DNA from: a virus
Reading direction: 5' to 3' (one strand)
Virus record (IMG/VR): IMGVR_UViG_3300029787_005452
Coordinates: 32,001 to 96,000 of that record
Length of the DNA stretch: 64,000 bases
The notes below the pieces were generated by a model. That model was not told where the DNA came from. It was given only the letters and a program-made list of their open reading frames with translations, and searched no databases. Made by a program: the position numbers and the translations under genes. Below, piece after piece: positions 1-9,184 of this stretch. Within the stretch, counting starts at the first letter, position 1. Each line of letters begins with the position of its first letter.

Positions 1-689
1 TCAGATGAAATATTATTAACTACGCCTTGATTATTTTTAAGAGCATTAACTTGTACAAAGACCGGTAAGTCATTTGCTAAAGTATCAAATCTAACATAAC
101 CATAAGTATATTCAAGCTCATCGTCATCAAGACCAATCGATTGACCATACTCTGCCCCTACAGTAACATCTACCGCATCCTTAACTGTAAAGGTCTTAGA
201 TACTTCAATAGCAGGAGTTACAATAGTACTATCATATTCTGATCCAACTTCACTTCCATCTTCCAATGCAACTGTAAAAGTAGTATCAAAAGCTTTAAAC
301 CAATTAAGGTCATAAGCCCCTTCTAACTCATAACTTGTATCAGCATTTTCAATAGAATGCATAACTAATCGTGTGTCAATTCCACCTACTGGGGTATCAA
401 TATATGTTCCTAATGATGTATGAAACTGAGAATTATCTGAGTTTACATATTCAACACCGCTAACAAATGAAAGACCGGCAATGACACCAAGTTTGGTCGA
501 TCCCTTAATATAGGCCACATCTTGCGCCCCGTAAAGACCGCCTGATATGCGCTTTTCATAATAACCCGTGGTAACATCAACCTTCCAGGTCTTTTCTTGT
601 CTTGCTTCTTGAGCTTCTGCCTTACCACAAAATGCAAGTAATGCAATTATAGCTGCAGCAGCTCCAATAATAATATATTTTTTTTTCAT
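1..689 (-). CDS. Secreted outer-membrane beta-barrel (porin-like) protein, partial (runs off left edge)
   Basis: Not in ORF track. Manual translation from ATG at 689 gives MKKKYIIIGAAAAIIALLAFCGKAEA (signal peptide, AEA cleavage), then amphipathic beta-strands (KTWKVDVTTGYY, SYELEGAYDL, DVTVGAEYGQ, YTYGYVRF). The frame stays open to the window edge. Confidence 0.65.
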   Translation of the reverse strand, partial: MKKKYIIIGAAAAIIALLAFCGKAEAQEARQEKTWKVDVTTGYYEKRISGGLYGAQDVAYIKGSTKLGVIAGLSFVSGVEYVNSDNSQFHTSLGTYIDTPVGGIDTRLVMHSIENADTSYELEGAYDLNWFKAFDTTFTVALEDGSEVGSEYDSTIVTPAIEVSKTFTVKDAVDVTVGAEYGQSIGLDDDELEYTYGYVRFDTLANDLPVFVQVNALKNNQGVVNNISS

Positions 690-705
690 AGCTATCTATT
701 ATAGC

Positions 706-942
706 TTATGATTCTTCAGTTTCAACTGTTTCGGGTACTTCTTTTGGTGTAAAATACTTATCAATAGTATCAATCCTAGAATCAAGACTATCAATATTTT
801 CTATTTTTTTCTCAATTTCTTCTCCTATATTTGGATGTTCTCCAATTGCTACTGGGTTACTTAGATATATTTCTAAATCAGCGATTTCAATATTTCGTTG
901 ACCTGTTAGTTTTGTTTTAATTGCTTGAATGTAATTTGCCAT
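706..942 (-). CDS. Conserved hypothetical protein (acidic, helical)
   Basis: 78 aa ORF with a TATAAATA box 6 nt upstream; the YLSNPVAIGEHP motif is recalled from marine phage/bacterial hypotheticals. Confidence 0.7.
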   Translation of the reverse strand: MANYIQAIKTKLTGQRNIEIADLEIYLSNPVAIGEHPNIGEEIEKKIENIDSLDSRIDTIDKYFTPKEVPETVETEES

Positions 943-948
943 AGATAA

Positions 949-956
949 TATTTATA
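949..956 (-). promoter_or_regulatory. T4-type late promoter TATAAATA
   Basis: Exact TATAAATA on the minus strand, 6 nt before the ATG at 942. Confidence 0.65.
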
Positions 957-2036
957 TTAAAGATCAAAATCATCAAATGCTTCTTCATCTATTTCTGTAT
1001 CTCTTGCACCTATTTTATAAGAACTAATTTCAGTTTCTTGAGGAGCTACCTGTACTTTAGAACTATCGGTATAACTATTTAACCAGCCTCCTATCGGATT
1101 AGTAGTTTGATCGAAAATCTTATTATATCCTAATGAACGTAATCTTGTATTAGCTAACCATTCGATATAACCATTAAGCATTTCAGTATTCAAACCTAAT
1201 AATGAACCTTCAGAAAATAAATATTCAGCCCATTTCTTTTCATTTTCAACTGCTAACCCATACATGTCATAAATTTTTTGCTCATTATCTTTAACTATTT
1301 GCTGAAAACCTTCATCTTTATTTTCTTTCCAATATTTCATAATATTTTGAGTAATAGCAGCATGTAAGTTTTCATCTCTTGCAATTAAACCTATAATTTT
1401 AGCATTACCTTCCATCTTACCTTTATAACCAAAAAAGTATGAGCAAGCAAATGAAACATAAAATGCTAAACCTTCTGTAATCTGAGTAGATAATACTGCA
1501 TTAAAGATCTTTTGTTTAATGTCGCCTTTATCATCTCCAAGTAAGGTATTATATGCTCCGCTTATTTCAGTGGCTCTTCTAGTTATCTCTTTATCTTCTA
1601 ATATAGAATCAAAAAATGCAGTTGCATCTTTAGCAATATTTTGTAAAGTATATGTGTATGAATAACTATGTATAGTTTCAAATCTAGCCCAGCTAGTCAT
1701 ACATATTTCTAATTCAGGGTTAGATACATAATTTTTAATATTATGAATACTTCTAGAAAGCATACTATCTGTCATAGTTTGCCATCTAAGATTACTATTA
1801 AAAATAAATCTTTCAGTGTCAGATAAATTTTCATAGTCATTACGATCTTTAGTTAAAGATACTTCTTCTGGCAACCAATGAAACTCTTCTTGCTTTCTCC
1901 ATAGATCGAAAAATTTAGGATATTTAAATCTATCATATCTTTGTAAAGCTAAATCTTCACCTAAGAACATAGGCTGCTTTGTAGTATCGACATTTTTAAC
2001 ATTTAGTACAGTTTCCATAAATTTATTATCCATCAT
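957..2036 (-). CDS. nrdB: Ribonucleotide reductase class Ia beta subunit
   Basis: Di-iron ligands and radical Tyr: TDSMLSR, FETIHSYSY, ITEGLAF, RDENLH; C-terminal QVAPQETEISSY. Probable start METVLN at 2018. Confidence 0.97.
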   Translation of the reverse strand: MMDNKFMETVLNVKNVDTTKQPMFLGEDLALQRYDRFKYPKFFDLWRKQEEFHWLPEEVSLTKDRNDYENLSDTERFIFNSNLRWQTMTDSMLSRSIHNIKNYVSNPELEICMTSWARFETIHSYSYTYTLQNIAKDATAFFDSILEDKEITRRATEISGAYNTLLGDDKGDIKQKIFNAVLSTQITEGLAFYVSFACSYFFGYKGKMEGNAKIIGLIARDENLHAAITQNIMKYWKENKDEGFQQIVKDNEQKIYDMYGLAVENEKKWAEYLFSEGSLLGLNTEMLNGYIEWLANTRLRSLGYNKIFDQTTNPIGGWLNSYTDSSKVQVAPQETEISSYKIGARDTEIDEEAFDDFDL

Positions 2037-2256
2037 CTCCTATTGCTTCAACTGGGCAACCTTCCATTGCCTCTACACATAACTCTAATTCTTCTTCGTT
2101 TTCAGGCTGTTTAAAAACGTATGAGTATCCTCCATCTTCTTCTGCAGTAAAATTATCGGGAGCAGTTTCTCTGCATAAGTCACAATCAATGCATTGTTCA
2201 TCTACATAGAACTTACCTTCGACATTTTCTGCCCACTTTTCTTCTTTATCCGCCAT
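2026..2256 (-). CDS. Single-cluster [4Fe-4S] ferredoxin
   Basis: 76 aa, highly acidic, CIDCDLC...CP motif (CxxCxxC plus distal CP). Confidence 0.92.
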   Translation of the reverse strand: MADKEEKWAENVEGKFYVDEQCIDCDLCRETAPDNFTAEEDGGYSYVFKQPENEEELELCVEAMEGCPVEAIGDDG

Positions 2257-2267
2257 AGTTTATATAT

Positions 2268-4535
2268 TTAAAGCGCACAAGCTCCTGATTCACACCCATC
2301 TTCATTATTATTTTCAGATTCTCCATCATTTAAGCTCTGCTTATCCCCATCATCAGTATTGTTATAGTAACCAGTTCTCCAACCTAATTTATAAGCAAGT
2401 AATATTTCTTTTATTACTTTAGAATCAGGTAAAGCTCCCTTTTCATAATGAGCATAATTATAATACATATTTGCACTAATACTCATATCTACCCATTTTT
2501 GTAAAGCTCCTACTATTTTAATTAAACCAGTATTATCTTCCATGTCATAAGCTAAAGTATATTTATTTTTATATGATACATAGTTTGGAACGATAACCGG
2601 TAAGGTACGAGCTTTAGATTTTTTATAGGTAATATAGGATCTAATAGGTTCTATACCATTGGTAGAGCACTGAATTACTGAAGAGCTCTCGCAAGGCATT
2701 ATAGCCGATACAGTACTATGCCTTAAACCATGCTCTTTAATCCTATCTCTTAAACTTTCCCAGTCCATAGAATTTTTTCTGGTAACAAATTCATCTATTT
2801 CTTTCTTATAATTATCAATAGGTAACCATCCTTGACTATATTTTGTTTTATTAAACTTAGGACATCTACCTTTTTCACTAGATAAATTACAAGAAGAACT
2901 TAATAAGTAGTATTGAATCTTTTCCATTAACTCATCAGCAACATTAGGAGCTTCATCATCAGTATATTTTACTCCTTGCTTTGCAAGATATGCAGCAAAG
3001 TTAGTAATACCTATACCTAATGATCTACGATTCTTAGTAAAGTTTTCTGCAGCTGGTAAGAAATAATCTTGGTAATCAATTAACTGATCTAAAATTCTTA
3101 CTATAATATCACATACTTTTTCCATTTCTGCATCTGATTGAATTTCTAATACGTTAATTGCAGATAAAATACAAATACCTATTTCAGCATTCTTATCATC
3201 TGGATGCTGTAATGGTTGGGTAGGGTGTAATACCTCAACACAAAGATTAGTCATTTTAATATCATCATCCCATGCTGATCGTTGATTACAATGATCAATA
3301 TTCATAAAATATATACGACCGGTTTCAACCCTTTCTTTAATAAACAAAGACATTAGCTTTCTTGCTTTAATAGTCTTTTTAAATTTTAAACTTGTCTTAC
3401 GTTCATACGTCTCATACAATTCATCAAAATTTTCATGACCGAAAGCATCATATAATTCTTTAGCTTCGTAAGGAGAAAAAAGAGTTATATCTTCGTTCTT
3501 TAAAAATCTTTTATAAAATAATTCACTAAATTGAATACAATAATCTAACTTACGAACTCTATTATCGTCGGTACCAGAATTATTTTTTAATACTACCATA
3601 TCTTCAACTTCGTAATGCCAGAAAGGAAAGTTAACTGTAGCTGATCCTCCTCTTATACCATTTTGATGACAAGACTTAACAGTAGATTCCATTAGTTTTA
3701 AAAACGGAATTACTCCAGTATGAATAACCTCACCATTACGTATAGGAGAATTTATTGGACGTATACGACCTATATTTAAACCTATCCCATATCTTGAACC
3801 TGTAGCATAACCTGCAGCTGTAGATGAAGAGAAAATTGAAGGTAATGTATCATCTACATCTATTAAACAGCATGATGCATATTGTCTAACTTTGCTTCTT
3901 ACACCGGCCATTAAAGGGGTAGGTAAATTAATTTTAAACTTAGAAAAATAATCATAAGCTTTTTTAACATATGAAATACGAGTAGCACCTTCATATTGAC
4001 CAAAACATACCATAGCTATAATCATATATGCAAACTGAGGAGTCTCATAAATTTTAGTTTCAGATCTATCTTGAATTAGATACTTATCACATAACTGACG
4101 CATACCAGCATAGGTAAATAAATTATCACGTTCATGGTCTATATATTCATCAAGTTTATTAATCTCTTTATCGGAATAATGCATTAAAATATCTTCGTCA
4201 TATACGTCATGCTCATGAACGTTTTTATTAATAAAATCTACTAACTTAGGAGGATTCTTACCTCCCCATACATCCTTACGTAATTGATATGATAATAATC
4301 TAGAAGCTACATATTGATAATTAGGGTGCGTTAAACTAATTAAATTGACTGTCGAGTCAATAAGAACGTTATGTATTTCAGCAGTTGTCATTCCTTCTTT
4401 CTTTTGAAGATTAGCATTAATCTCTATATCCGAAGCTGTAACTCCTTTTATATTATCTACTGCCCAGTTTACAACTCTATGTATTTTATCTACATCATAT
4501 GGTACAGACTCCCCGCTTCTTTTCTTAATATTCAT
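2268..4535 (-). CDS. nrdA: Ribonucleotide reductase class Ia alpha subunit with ATP cone
   Basis: N-terminal IKKRSGESVPYDVDKI ATP cone; ASCCLI, TNLCVE, ICILSA catalytic Cys/Glu; TGYYNN; C-terminal CESGAC redox pair. No intein seen. Confidence 0.98.
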   Translation of the reverse strand: MNIKKRSGESVPYDVDKIHRVVNWAVDNIKGVTASDIEINANLQKKEGMTTAEIHNVLIDSTVNLISLTHPNYQYVASRLLSYQLRKDVWGGKNPPKLVDFINKNVHEHDVYDEDILMHYSDKEINKLDEYIDHERDNLFTYAGMRQLCDKYLIQDRSETKIYETPQFAYMIIAMVCFGQYEGATRISYVKKAYDYFSKFKINLPTPLMAGVRSKVRQYASCCLIDVDDTLPSIFSSSTAAGYATGSRYGIGLNIGRIRPINSPIRNGEVIHTGVIPFLKLMESTVKSCHQNGIRGGSATVNFPFWHYEVEDMVVLKNNSGTDDNRVRKLDYCIQFSELFYKRFLKNEDITLFSPYEAKELYDAFGHENFDELYETYERKTSLKFKKTIKARKLMSLFIKERVETGRIYFMNIDHCNQRSAWDDDIKMTNLCVEVLHPTQPLQHPDDKNAEIGICILSAINVLEIQSDAEMEKVCDIIVRILDQLIDYQDYFLPAAENFTKNRRSLGIGITNFAAYLAKQGVKYTDDEAPNVADELMEKIQYYLLSSSCNLSSEKGRCPKFNKTKYSQGWLPIDNYKKEIDEFVTRKNSMDWESLRDRIKEHGLRHSTVSAIMPCESSSVIQCSTNGIEPIRSYITYKKSKARTLPVIVPNYVSYKNKYTLAYDMEDNTGLIKIVGALQKWVDMSISANMYYNYAHYEKGALPDSKVIKEILLAYKLGWRTGYYNNTDDGDKQSLNDGESENNNEDGCESGACAL

Positions 4536-4552
4536 ATTATTTTATTTACAAT

Positions 4553-5062
4553 TTAAGTTATTATTAATGATAGAATAGAACCAAATTTTTGAAAGTCAAA
4601 TTTATTTTCATTTAAGTTTAGCATATGCTGTAATATTTTTTTATCCTTAGATATTGAATCGTCGGTTAAATATCTAAATTTATTGAAATCGATGGGGTAA
4701 ATACCTCTTTTGAAATACCCATAACTATCATTACATGTAATGTTATATTGACTCAATAAATTTTGATAAACCACAAGATTAATATTATTTGCTTGTTCTT
4801 GTCTTTTAATTAAATTTATAATTTCTTCACCAGTTTCATTTAATTCTAAACATATACCATAAAGAGGTAACATTTTTATGGTACCATCTTCTTTATATAT
4901 TCTAAAAAACTTTTTTGGTTTAAATTTATCGCTTATATGCAACCGTTTATTATCGTATTCATTTTTCAGAATAAAACCTAAAAATATAGAAGGTAATAAA
5001 GGTATTTGACCTGAAAAGTTATCAGAAGATACAGGTTCATCAACTAAAGATACATCTATCAT
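4553..5062 (-). CDS. Hypothetical protein
   Basis: 169 aa ORF co-oriented in a dense minus-strand gene run; no recognised motif. Confidence 0.6.
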   Translation of the reverse strand: MIDVSLVDEPVSSDNFSGQIPLLPSIFLGFILKNEYDNKRLHISDKFKPKKFFRIYKEDGTIKMLPLYGICLELNETGEEIINLIKRQEQANNINLVVYQNLLSQYNITCNDSYGYFKRGIYPIDFNKFRYLTDDSISKDKKILQHMLNLNENKFDFQKFGSILSLIIT

Positions 5063-5063
5063 A

Positions 5064-5285
5064 TTACATTGAAATTGATCTAATTAATCTACCAGTTTTA
5101 AGATTATAAGTGCGAATAACATCATTTGAGTTATTATGTTGTACGGTTAAAGATACTGTGTCTCCGGTAACGATAGGATTGCTATATGTAGCATTACTTG
5201 GTAATTGAGCTGTTCTATGTATTGAACCGTTATCAATATTATAAAATTTTAAAACGTTTCCGTCTATTCTTGGCATTATGTTCAT
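5064..5285 (-). CDS. Hypothetical protein
   Basis: 73 aa ORF with ATGA overlap to the upstream gene. Confidence 0.6.
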   Translation of the reverse strand: MNIMPRIDGNVLKFYNIDNGSIHRTAQLPSNATYSNPIVTGDTVSLTVQHNNSNDVIRTYNLKTGRLIRSISM

Positions 5286-5644
5286 GATTTAATTATATGA
5301 TTATTTATAAAAGATTCAACTTCGGGATCGGATTTATTATAGGTAAATGAAGATAAATTTTCATTTATAGTAGGCACCTTTAAACTACCAGTTTTAAATC
5401 TTTCTTCTAACTCAGATATTACGGTTTCATCTGGTATAGAAATATCGTCAGAAATATTTAAAATATTCCTTATTTCCATAACACCATAACCTCTTTTAAA
5501 TAAAGTTTTTACATCTCTACTAATATAAAGTCTTTGTAAGTTTTCTACATTATTATATTCATTTACCTTTTTCTTCAAATAGTCACCTGAGAATAAACTC
5601 TCTTTACCCGTAACTATACATTTAACCTTTAAAGATTTAACCAT
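5282..5644 (-). CDS. Hypothetical protein
   Basis: 120 aa ORF (KCIVTGK motif), coupled to the next gene. Confidence 0.6.
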   Translation of the reverse strand: MVKSLKVKCIVTGKESLFSGDYLKKKVNEYNNVENLQRLYISRDVKTLFKRGYGVMEIRNILNISDDISIPDETVISELEERFKTGSLKVPTINENLSSFTYNKSDPEVESFINNHIIKS

Positions 5645-5651
5645 ATCTTAT

Positions 5652-5665
5652 TATAAATATAAATA
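5652..5665 (+). promoter_or_regulatory. Two overlapping TATAAATA late-promoter boxes
   Basis: TATAAATA at 5652-5659 and 5658-5665, just before the ATG at 5667. Confidence 0.6.
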
Positions 5666-5666
5666 T

Positions 5667-5903
5667 ATGAATTTCAATACCTTAGTTAAAGATATATTAG
5701 AAGATTTTAAAGCTCCAACTGATACTAAAAGACGAACTAAAAGATCAGAAGGTAAATATGGTACAGTAAATCCTCAATTAAATGACCCTCATAATACTAA
5801 AGCTATATCAGGATTTAAAGGTCAACCTGGCGGCAAACAAAGAACTTTAAAATTTAAATTACCTACCAAGAAGAACGGATCCAAACAGCAGCAGCCATCG
5901 TAG
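5667..5903 (+). CDS. Small basic hypothetical protein with CTS-like leader
   Basis: 78 aa; N-terminus MNFNTLVKDILE; late box upstream. Confidence 0.65.
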   Translation: MNFNTLVKDILEDFKAPTDTKRRTKRSEGKYGTVNPQLNDPHNTKAISGFKGQPGGKQRTLKFKLPTKKNGSKQQQPS

Positions 5904-6414
5904 CAGCTAAAGTATCATTCTTTAATAATAGATCAGCCATTTGCTGCTCATTTAAACCTTGAAGACTTTGCAAGGCATCTTCACCAAATATTTTTCTAAA
6001 TTTAGGACCAAAATATGCGGATGAATTTTTAACTAAGTCCATTGCAGTTTTAGGTTCAACTTGCCAATAACTTCTAGCAGGCCCTCCACCCATTTGGGTT
6101 TTAGTTCTATAACCTGATTCAACAGCTCCAGTTTTTTCTAAATAATCTTTTATTTCTGCAGCACTATGACCATCATCACCATCGAATATAAATGATGCTG
6201 TATTAATAGGTTTGACTGCTTCAGATGGTACTTTAAAGCCTTGTTTTAAAACTGCAGTAGCTCTTGCTTCCTTTGCAGGGTCTTGACTAGTCTGATAATG
6301 TTTTGACCAATCTTGTACAAAATTACCAAATGCTGAACTAGCAGCTAAAGCACCCATTGCAGCTATTTTACCTAACTTACCTTCTTCAATAACATATTCA
6401 TTAAATGTCTGCAT
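5863..6414 (-). CDS. Lysozyme-like fold protein (putative peptidoglycan hydrolase/transglycosylase)
   Basis: AVESG...GGGPARSYWQVEPKTA resembles the ES...GxxQ catalytic segment of SLT/lysozyme-like proteins; N-terminus MQTFNEYVIEE. Confidence 0.5.
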   Translation of the reverse strand: MQTFNEYVIEEGKLGKIAAMGALAASSAFGNFVQDWSKHYQTSQDPAKEARATAVLKQGFKVPSEAVKPINTASFIFDGDDGHSAAEIKDYLEKTGAVESGYRTKTQMGGGPARSYWQVEPKTAMDLVKNSSAYFGPKFRKIFGEDALQSLQGLNEQQMADLLLKNDTLAATMAAAVWIRSSW

Positions 6415-8078
6415 TATACAAATCTTTCTATAAAGTATTTAGGCAATTTGTTCTTATTTCGGATGATAGCTTCGTATACACCTGCATCTAAAATATACGT
6501 TTTACAATGGTCTTGTTTACTTCGGATACCTCTACCACATTGCTGCACAACATTACTTAACATCTTATTTGAATACCATGCTTTATCTAATTCAAATAAC
6601 TTCTTAATTCTATTATCACCTAAAGGTAAGTAAGGAGCTTTAATTACTATTTGAAATCTTGCTAGATCATCTTTCAAGTCTATACCTAAACCTAAAGACG
6701 GGCTTACTAACACAGTCGGGTTCTTACTCTTTGAATGCTGTCTTAATATTTCTTCATTTCTTGTTTCTTTATCTCTATATAGAAAACGTTTACTCTTTAA
6801 ATTATTTTGCAAGTAAGACGCAATAAATCCTGTATGGGTATGGATAATACCTTTTTCAAACTCATGCTGATTACATATTTCTTCTATCTGTTTAACTATC
6901 TTAGGTAAAGTCTTTTTAAGATTATAATGGTTAATCTTTTGCTTAGTATTAATATAGATAGGAGCTTTTTGAGGATCAAAAGTACTATCAGACTCTACAT
7001 ACTCATACTGCTTTATACCTAAACTTTTAGCAAAATGCTTATGATCAATAATAGTAGCTGACATTAACAATACATTATCAGCATACTTAAAAATATATTT
7101 TGATAATACATCTACCTTCAAAGGCATAACTCTTGCAGTCTTGCCTTCCCTTTGAACTACATACTCACATTCTTCCCAAGTTTCATTAATTAAGTTTAAA
7201 CTTCTATGTAAATTTTTAAGATAACTTAATTTTATATTATCACTATTACTAAGTTTTAAGTCTTTATTATTACTTCTATTAGTTAAAGTATTAATATATT
7301 CACTAACTTCTAATACGCAAGAGCATATCCATTTATATATAGCATCTTGTTTTTCAGAATATAAACTTGGTACTTTTACTCCTAATAATTTTAAACGGTC
7401 AGGATCAATAAAGACTGAATATTGTTTTACTATTTCATCTTCAAGTTCAGATGCTTCGTCACATATAATAAAATTCTTACGTTTAACATGGCCAGGTAAA
7501 GATAAAAACATTTTATAATTTAACACGCCAAACTTTTCAATTAAACCTTCATTACGGGCATTATGATAATTACATTTATGAGCTTTTCTATGATCTTCTA
7601 ATATCTTACGAGGCATAACAGATGTCTCCATTTCTACATCTATATCAGGATTTAAAGTACTCATATAGTTACTCTTACCTTTCATAACCTTACTATCATC
7701 AAATAATTCTAAATATTGATCTTGTAAAGATTTAGTTATAGTTAATGCAAAAGCACCGCTAGCCGGCTCATCCAAACATTCAGGTTCATTGATATAGTTA
7801 CTAACATTATCCATTTTAAATGCGTCATAACTATCAATTAACTCTTTAAAACTATCAGTAGATTCATTGGATACATTAGCTAATGTTTTTGATATAAAAC
7901 TCTTACCACTACCAGTGGGAGCACTACAAATAACAAACTTATGACCTTTATTAAACGCATGCTCAACCTTCTTTATTATATTAATCTGCTGAGTACTCGG
8001 ATTATACCCATCGGGAAATTTATTAAGGTATCGGCTCAGCATATAGTTAATTATAATATCAAACAGCTGATAAAACAA
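6414..8078 (-). CDS. DinG/Rad3-like SF2 helicase
   Basis: Walker A APTGSGKS, motif II ICDEAS, LMSATI, SPSLGLGIDL, QQCGRGIRS. Probable start MLSRY at 8042, where a sigma70 promoter lies 7 nt upstream. Confidence 0.88.
   Translation of the reverse strand: MFYQLFDIIINYMLSRYLNKFPDGYNPSTQQINIIKKVEHAFNKGHKFVICSAPTGSGKSFISKTLANVSNESTDSFKELIDSYDAFKMDNVSNYINEPECLDEPASGAFALTITKSLQDQYLELFDDSKVMKGKSNYMSTLNPDIDVEMETSVMPRKILEDHRKAHKCNYHNARNEGLIEKFGVLNYKMFLSLPGHVKRKNFIICDEASELEDEIVKQYSVFIDPDRLKLLGVKVPSLYSEKQDAIYKWICSCVLEVSEYINTLTNRSNNKDLKLSNSDNIKLSYLKNLHRSLNLINETWEECEYVVQREGKTARVMPLKVDVLSKYIFKYADNVLLMSATIIDHKHFAKSLGIKQYEYVESDSTFDPQKAPIYINTKQKINHYNLKKTLPKIVKQIEEICNQHEFEKGIIHTHTGFIASYLQNNLKSKRFLYRDKETRNEEILRQHSKSKNPTVLVSPSLGLGIDLKDDLARFQIVIKAPYLPLGDNRIKKLFELDKAWYSNKMLSNVVQQCGRGIRSKQDHCKTYILDAGVYEAIIRNKNKLPKYFIERFV
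8050..8078 (-). promoter_or_regulatory. Sigma70-type (early) promoter TTGTTT-N17-TATAAT
   Basis: Read directly; the -10 box is 7 nt before the ATG at 8042. Confidence 0.55.
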
Positions 8079-8400
8079 CCATGTTATTATATAACTTACT
8101 TTTCTTTTTAAAATTTAATACTTTACCTTTAAACAAAACAAATTCATTATTTTTAGCAAATGATTCTAATGTATAATCAAAAAGCAAGTGATCATGTTTT
8201 AATTCCCATTTAAATGGCATAGGTAATTCATACTCTTTCAATTCATTTTTATCGTTTAGCAATGTTAAAACAAAGTAAAATTCCTTGACACTAAAAAGTT
8301 TTAGTTTACCTTTTTTAAGATTTTTTTCCGGGTTGATATATACAACTATATCTCTCAATAGTAAATTTGTTAAATCATCTTCTAATTTTTCAAATTTCAT
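8059..8400 (-). CDS. Hypothetical protein
   Basis: 113 aa ORF with ATGA overlap to the upstream gene. Confidence 0.6.
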   Translation of the reverse strand: MKFEKLEDDLTNLLLRDIVVYINPEKNLKKGKLKLFSVKEFYFVLTLLNDKNELKEYELPMPFKWELKHDHLLFDYTLESFAKNNEFVLFKGKVLNFKKKSKLYNNMVVLSAV

Positions 8401-8771
8401 GTACCCATATAATTCCTCTTTTCATCCGCAGACATTGGATATATATTTTCATTAAAATATTCAAAAAAATCATCTTGAGGTATTGTATTTACTATTGCAC
8501 AATTATCCATACTAACCATTCTCCAACCCTGCATCATAATGTCCCACACTGGTAATAAATTTTTACTTGTTGGATCATATTTAGGAGGACCGGAAGGAGG
8601 TTTATAATTTAATGTAGTCCTACCATTTACACTATTAAGTAAACTTTCATCTAGAGTACATAGCATTCTTCTTTGAGAACTATCACCGGGTTTTGGTCTT
8701 CGTTTTTCAAAAATTATTTCACAGACATTACCCTGTAAAGTATTTTTAAGATTCGGTAGACTTACTTTCAT
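8397..8771 (-). CDS. SH3/WYL-like small phage protein (DUF2693-like)
   Basis: VCEIIFEK...RRMLCTL...VWDIMMQGWRMV pattern typical of this T4-like family. Confidence 0.6.
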   Translation of the reverse strand: MKVSLPNLKNTLQGNVCEIIFEKRRPKPGDSSQRRMLCTLDESLLNSVNGRTTLNYKPPSGPPKYDPTSKNLLPVWDIMMQGWRMVSMDNCAIVNTIPQDDFFEYFNENIYPMSADEKRNYMGT

Positions 8772-9180
8772 CTTTCTTTTTTGCTATACCAAATAGTCTA
8801 CTTTCATTTAAGAAAACACCTTTATTGAGTTTACCGTATCCTGATATATCTGCATTTGCAATACCTACGCCAAGATTATTAGGAAAAATTACAATTTCAC
8901 CACCTTTAATATATTTACATTCAGGACCAGCTAATATTACTTTAGCTTTTCTCCATGCCCTTTGAACTGAATTAGTAGGTATATAAACACCGCCTCTTAA
9001 AACAGCTTCCCCTTGACCATCTGATACTTCATCAATAAATTCAACTAAAATAATATCATCAAAGATAAAACCTAATTCATAATCTTGATCAATTATACCA
9101 TCTAATGAGTCATTATGTGCCCCACCTAAATCAATTATACTTTTTTTAGGTGCTAATACATCAATATTTGCTTGTGCCAT
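8746..9180 (-). CDS. GroES/Cpn10-like co-chaperonin (possible T4 gp31 analogue)
   Basis: DDIILVE...GGVYIP...AKVILAGP...IKGGEIVIF GroES pattern; TAAATA 5 nt upstream. Confidence 0.65.
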   Translation of the reverse strand: MAQANIDVLAPKKSIIDLGGAHNDSLDGIIDQDYELGFIFDDIILVEFIDEVSDGQGEAVLRGGVYIPTNSVQRAWRKAKVILAGPECKYIKGGEIVIFPNNLGVGIANADISGYGKLNKGVFLNESRLFGIAKKKDESKSTES

Positions 9181-9184
9181 ATAA

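Noticed and set aside
443-646. 67-aa minus-strand ORF in the track
   Set aside because: It is an alternative frame inside the longer signal-peptide ORF starting at 689 and has no protein-like features.
957-4535. Possible introns, inteins or homing endonucleases in nrdA/nrdB
   Set aside because: Both ORFs are continuous and of normal length. The only insert between them is the ferredoxin.
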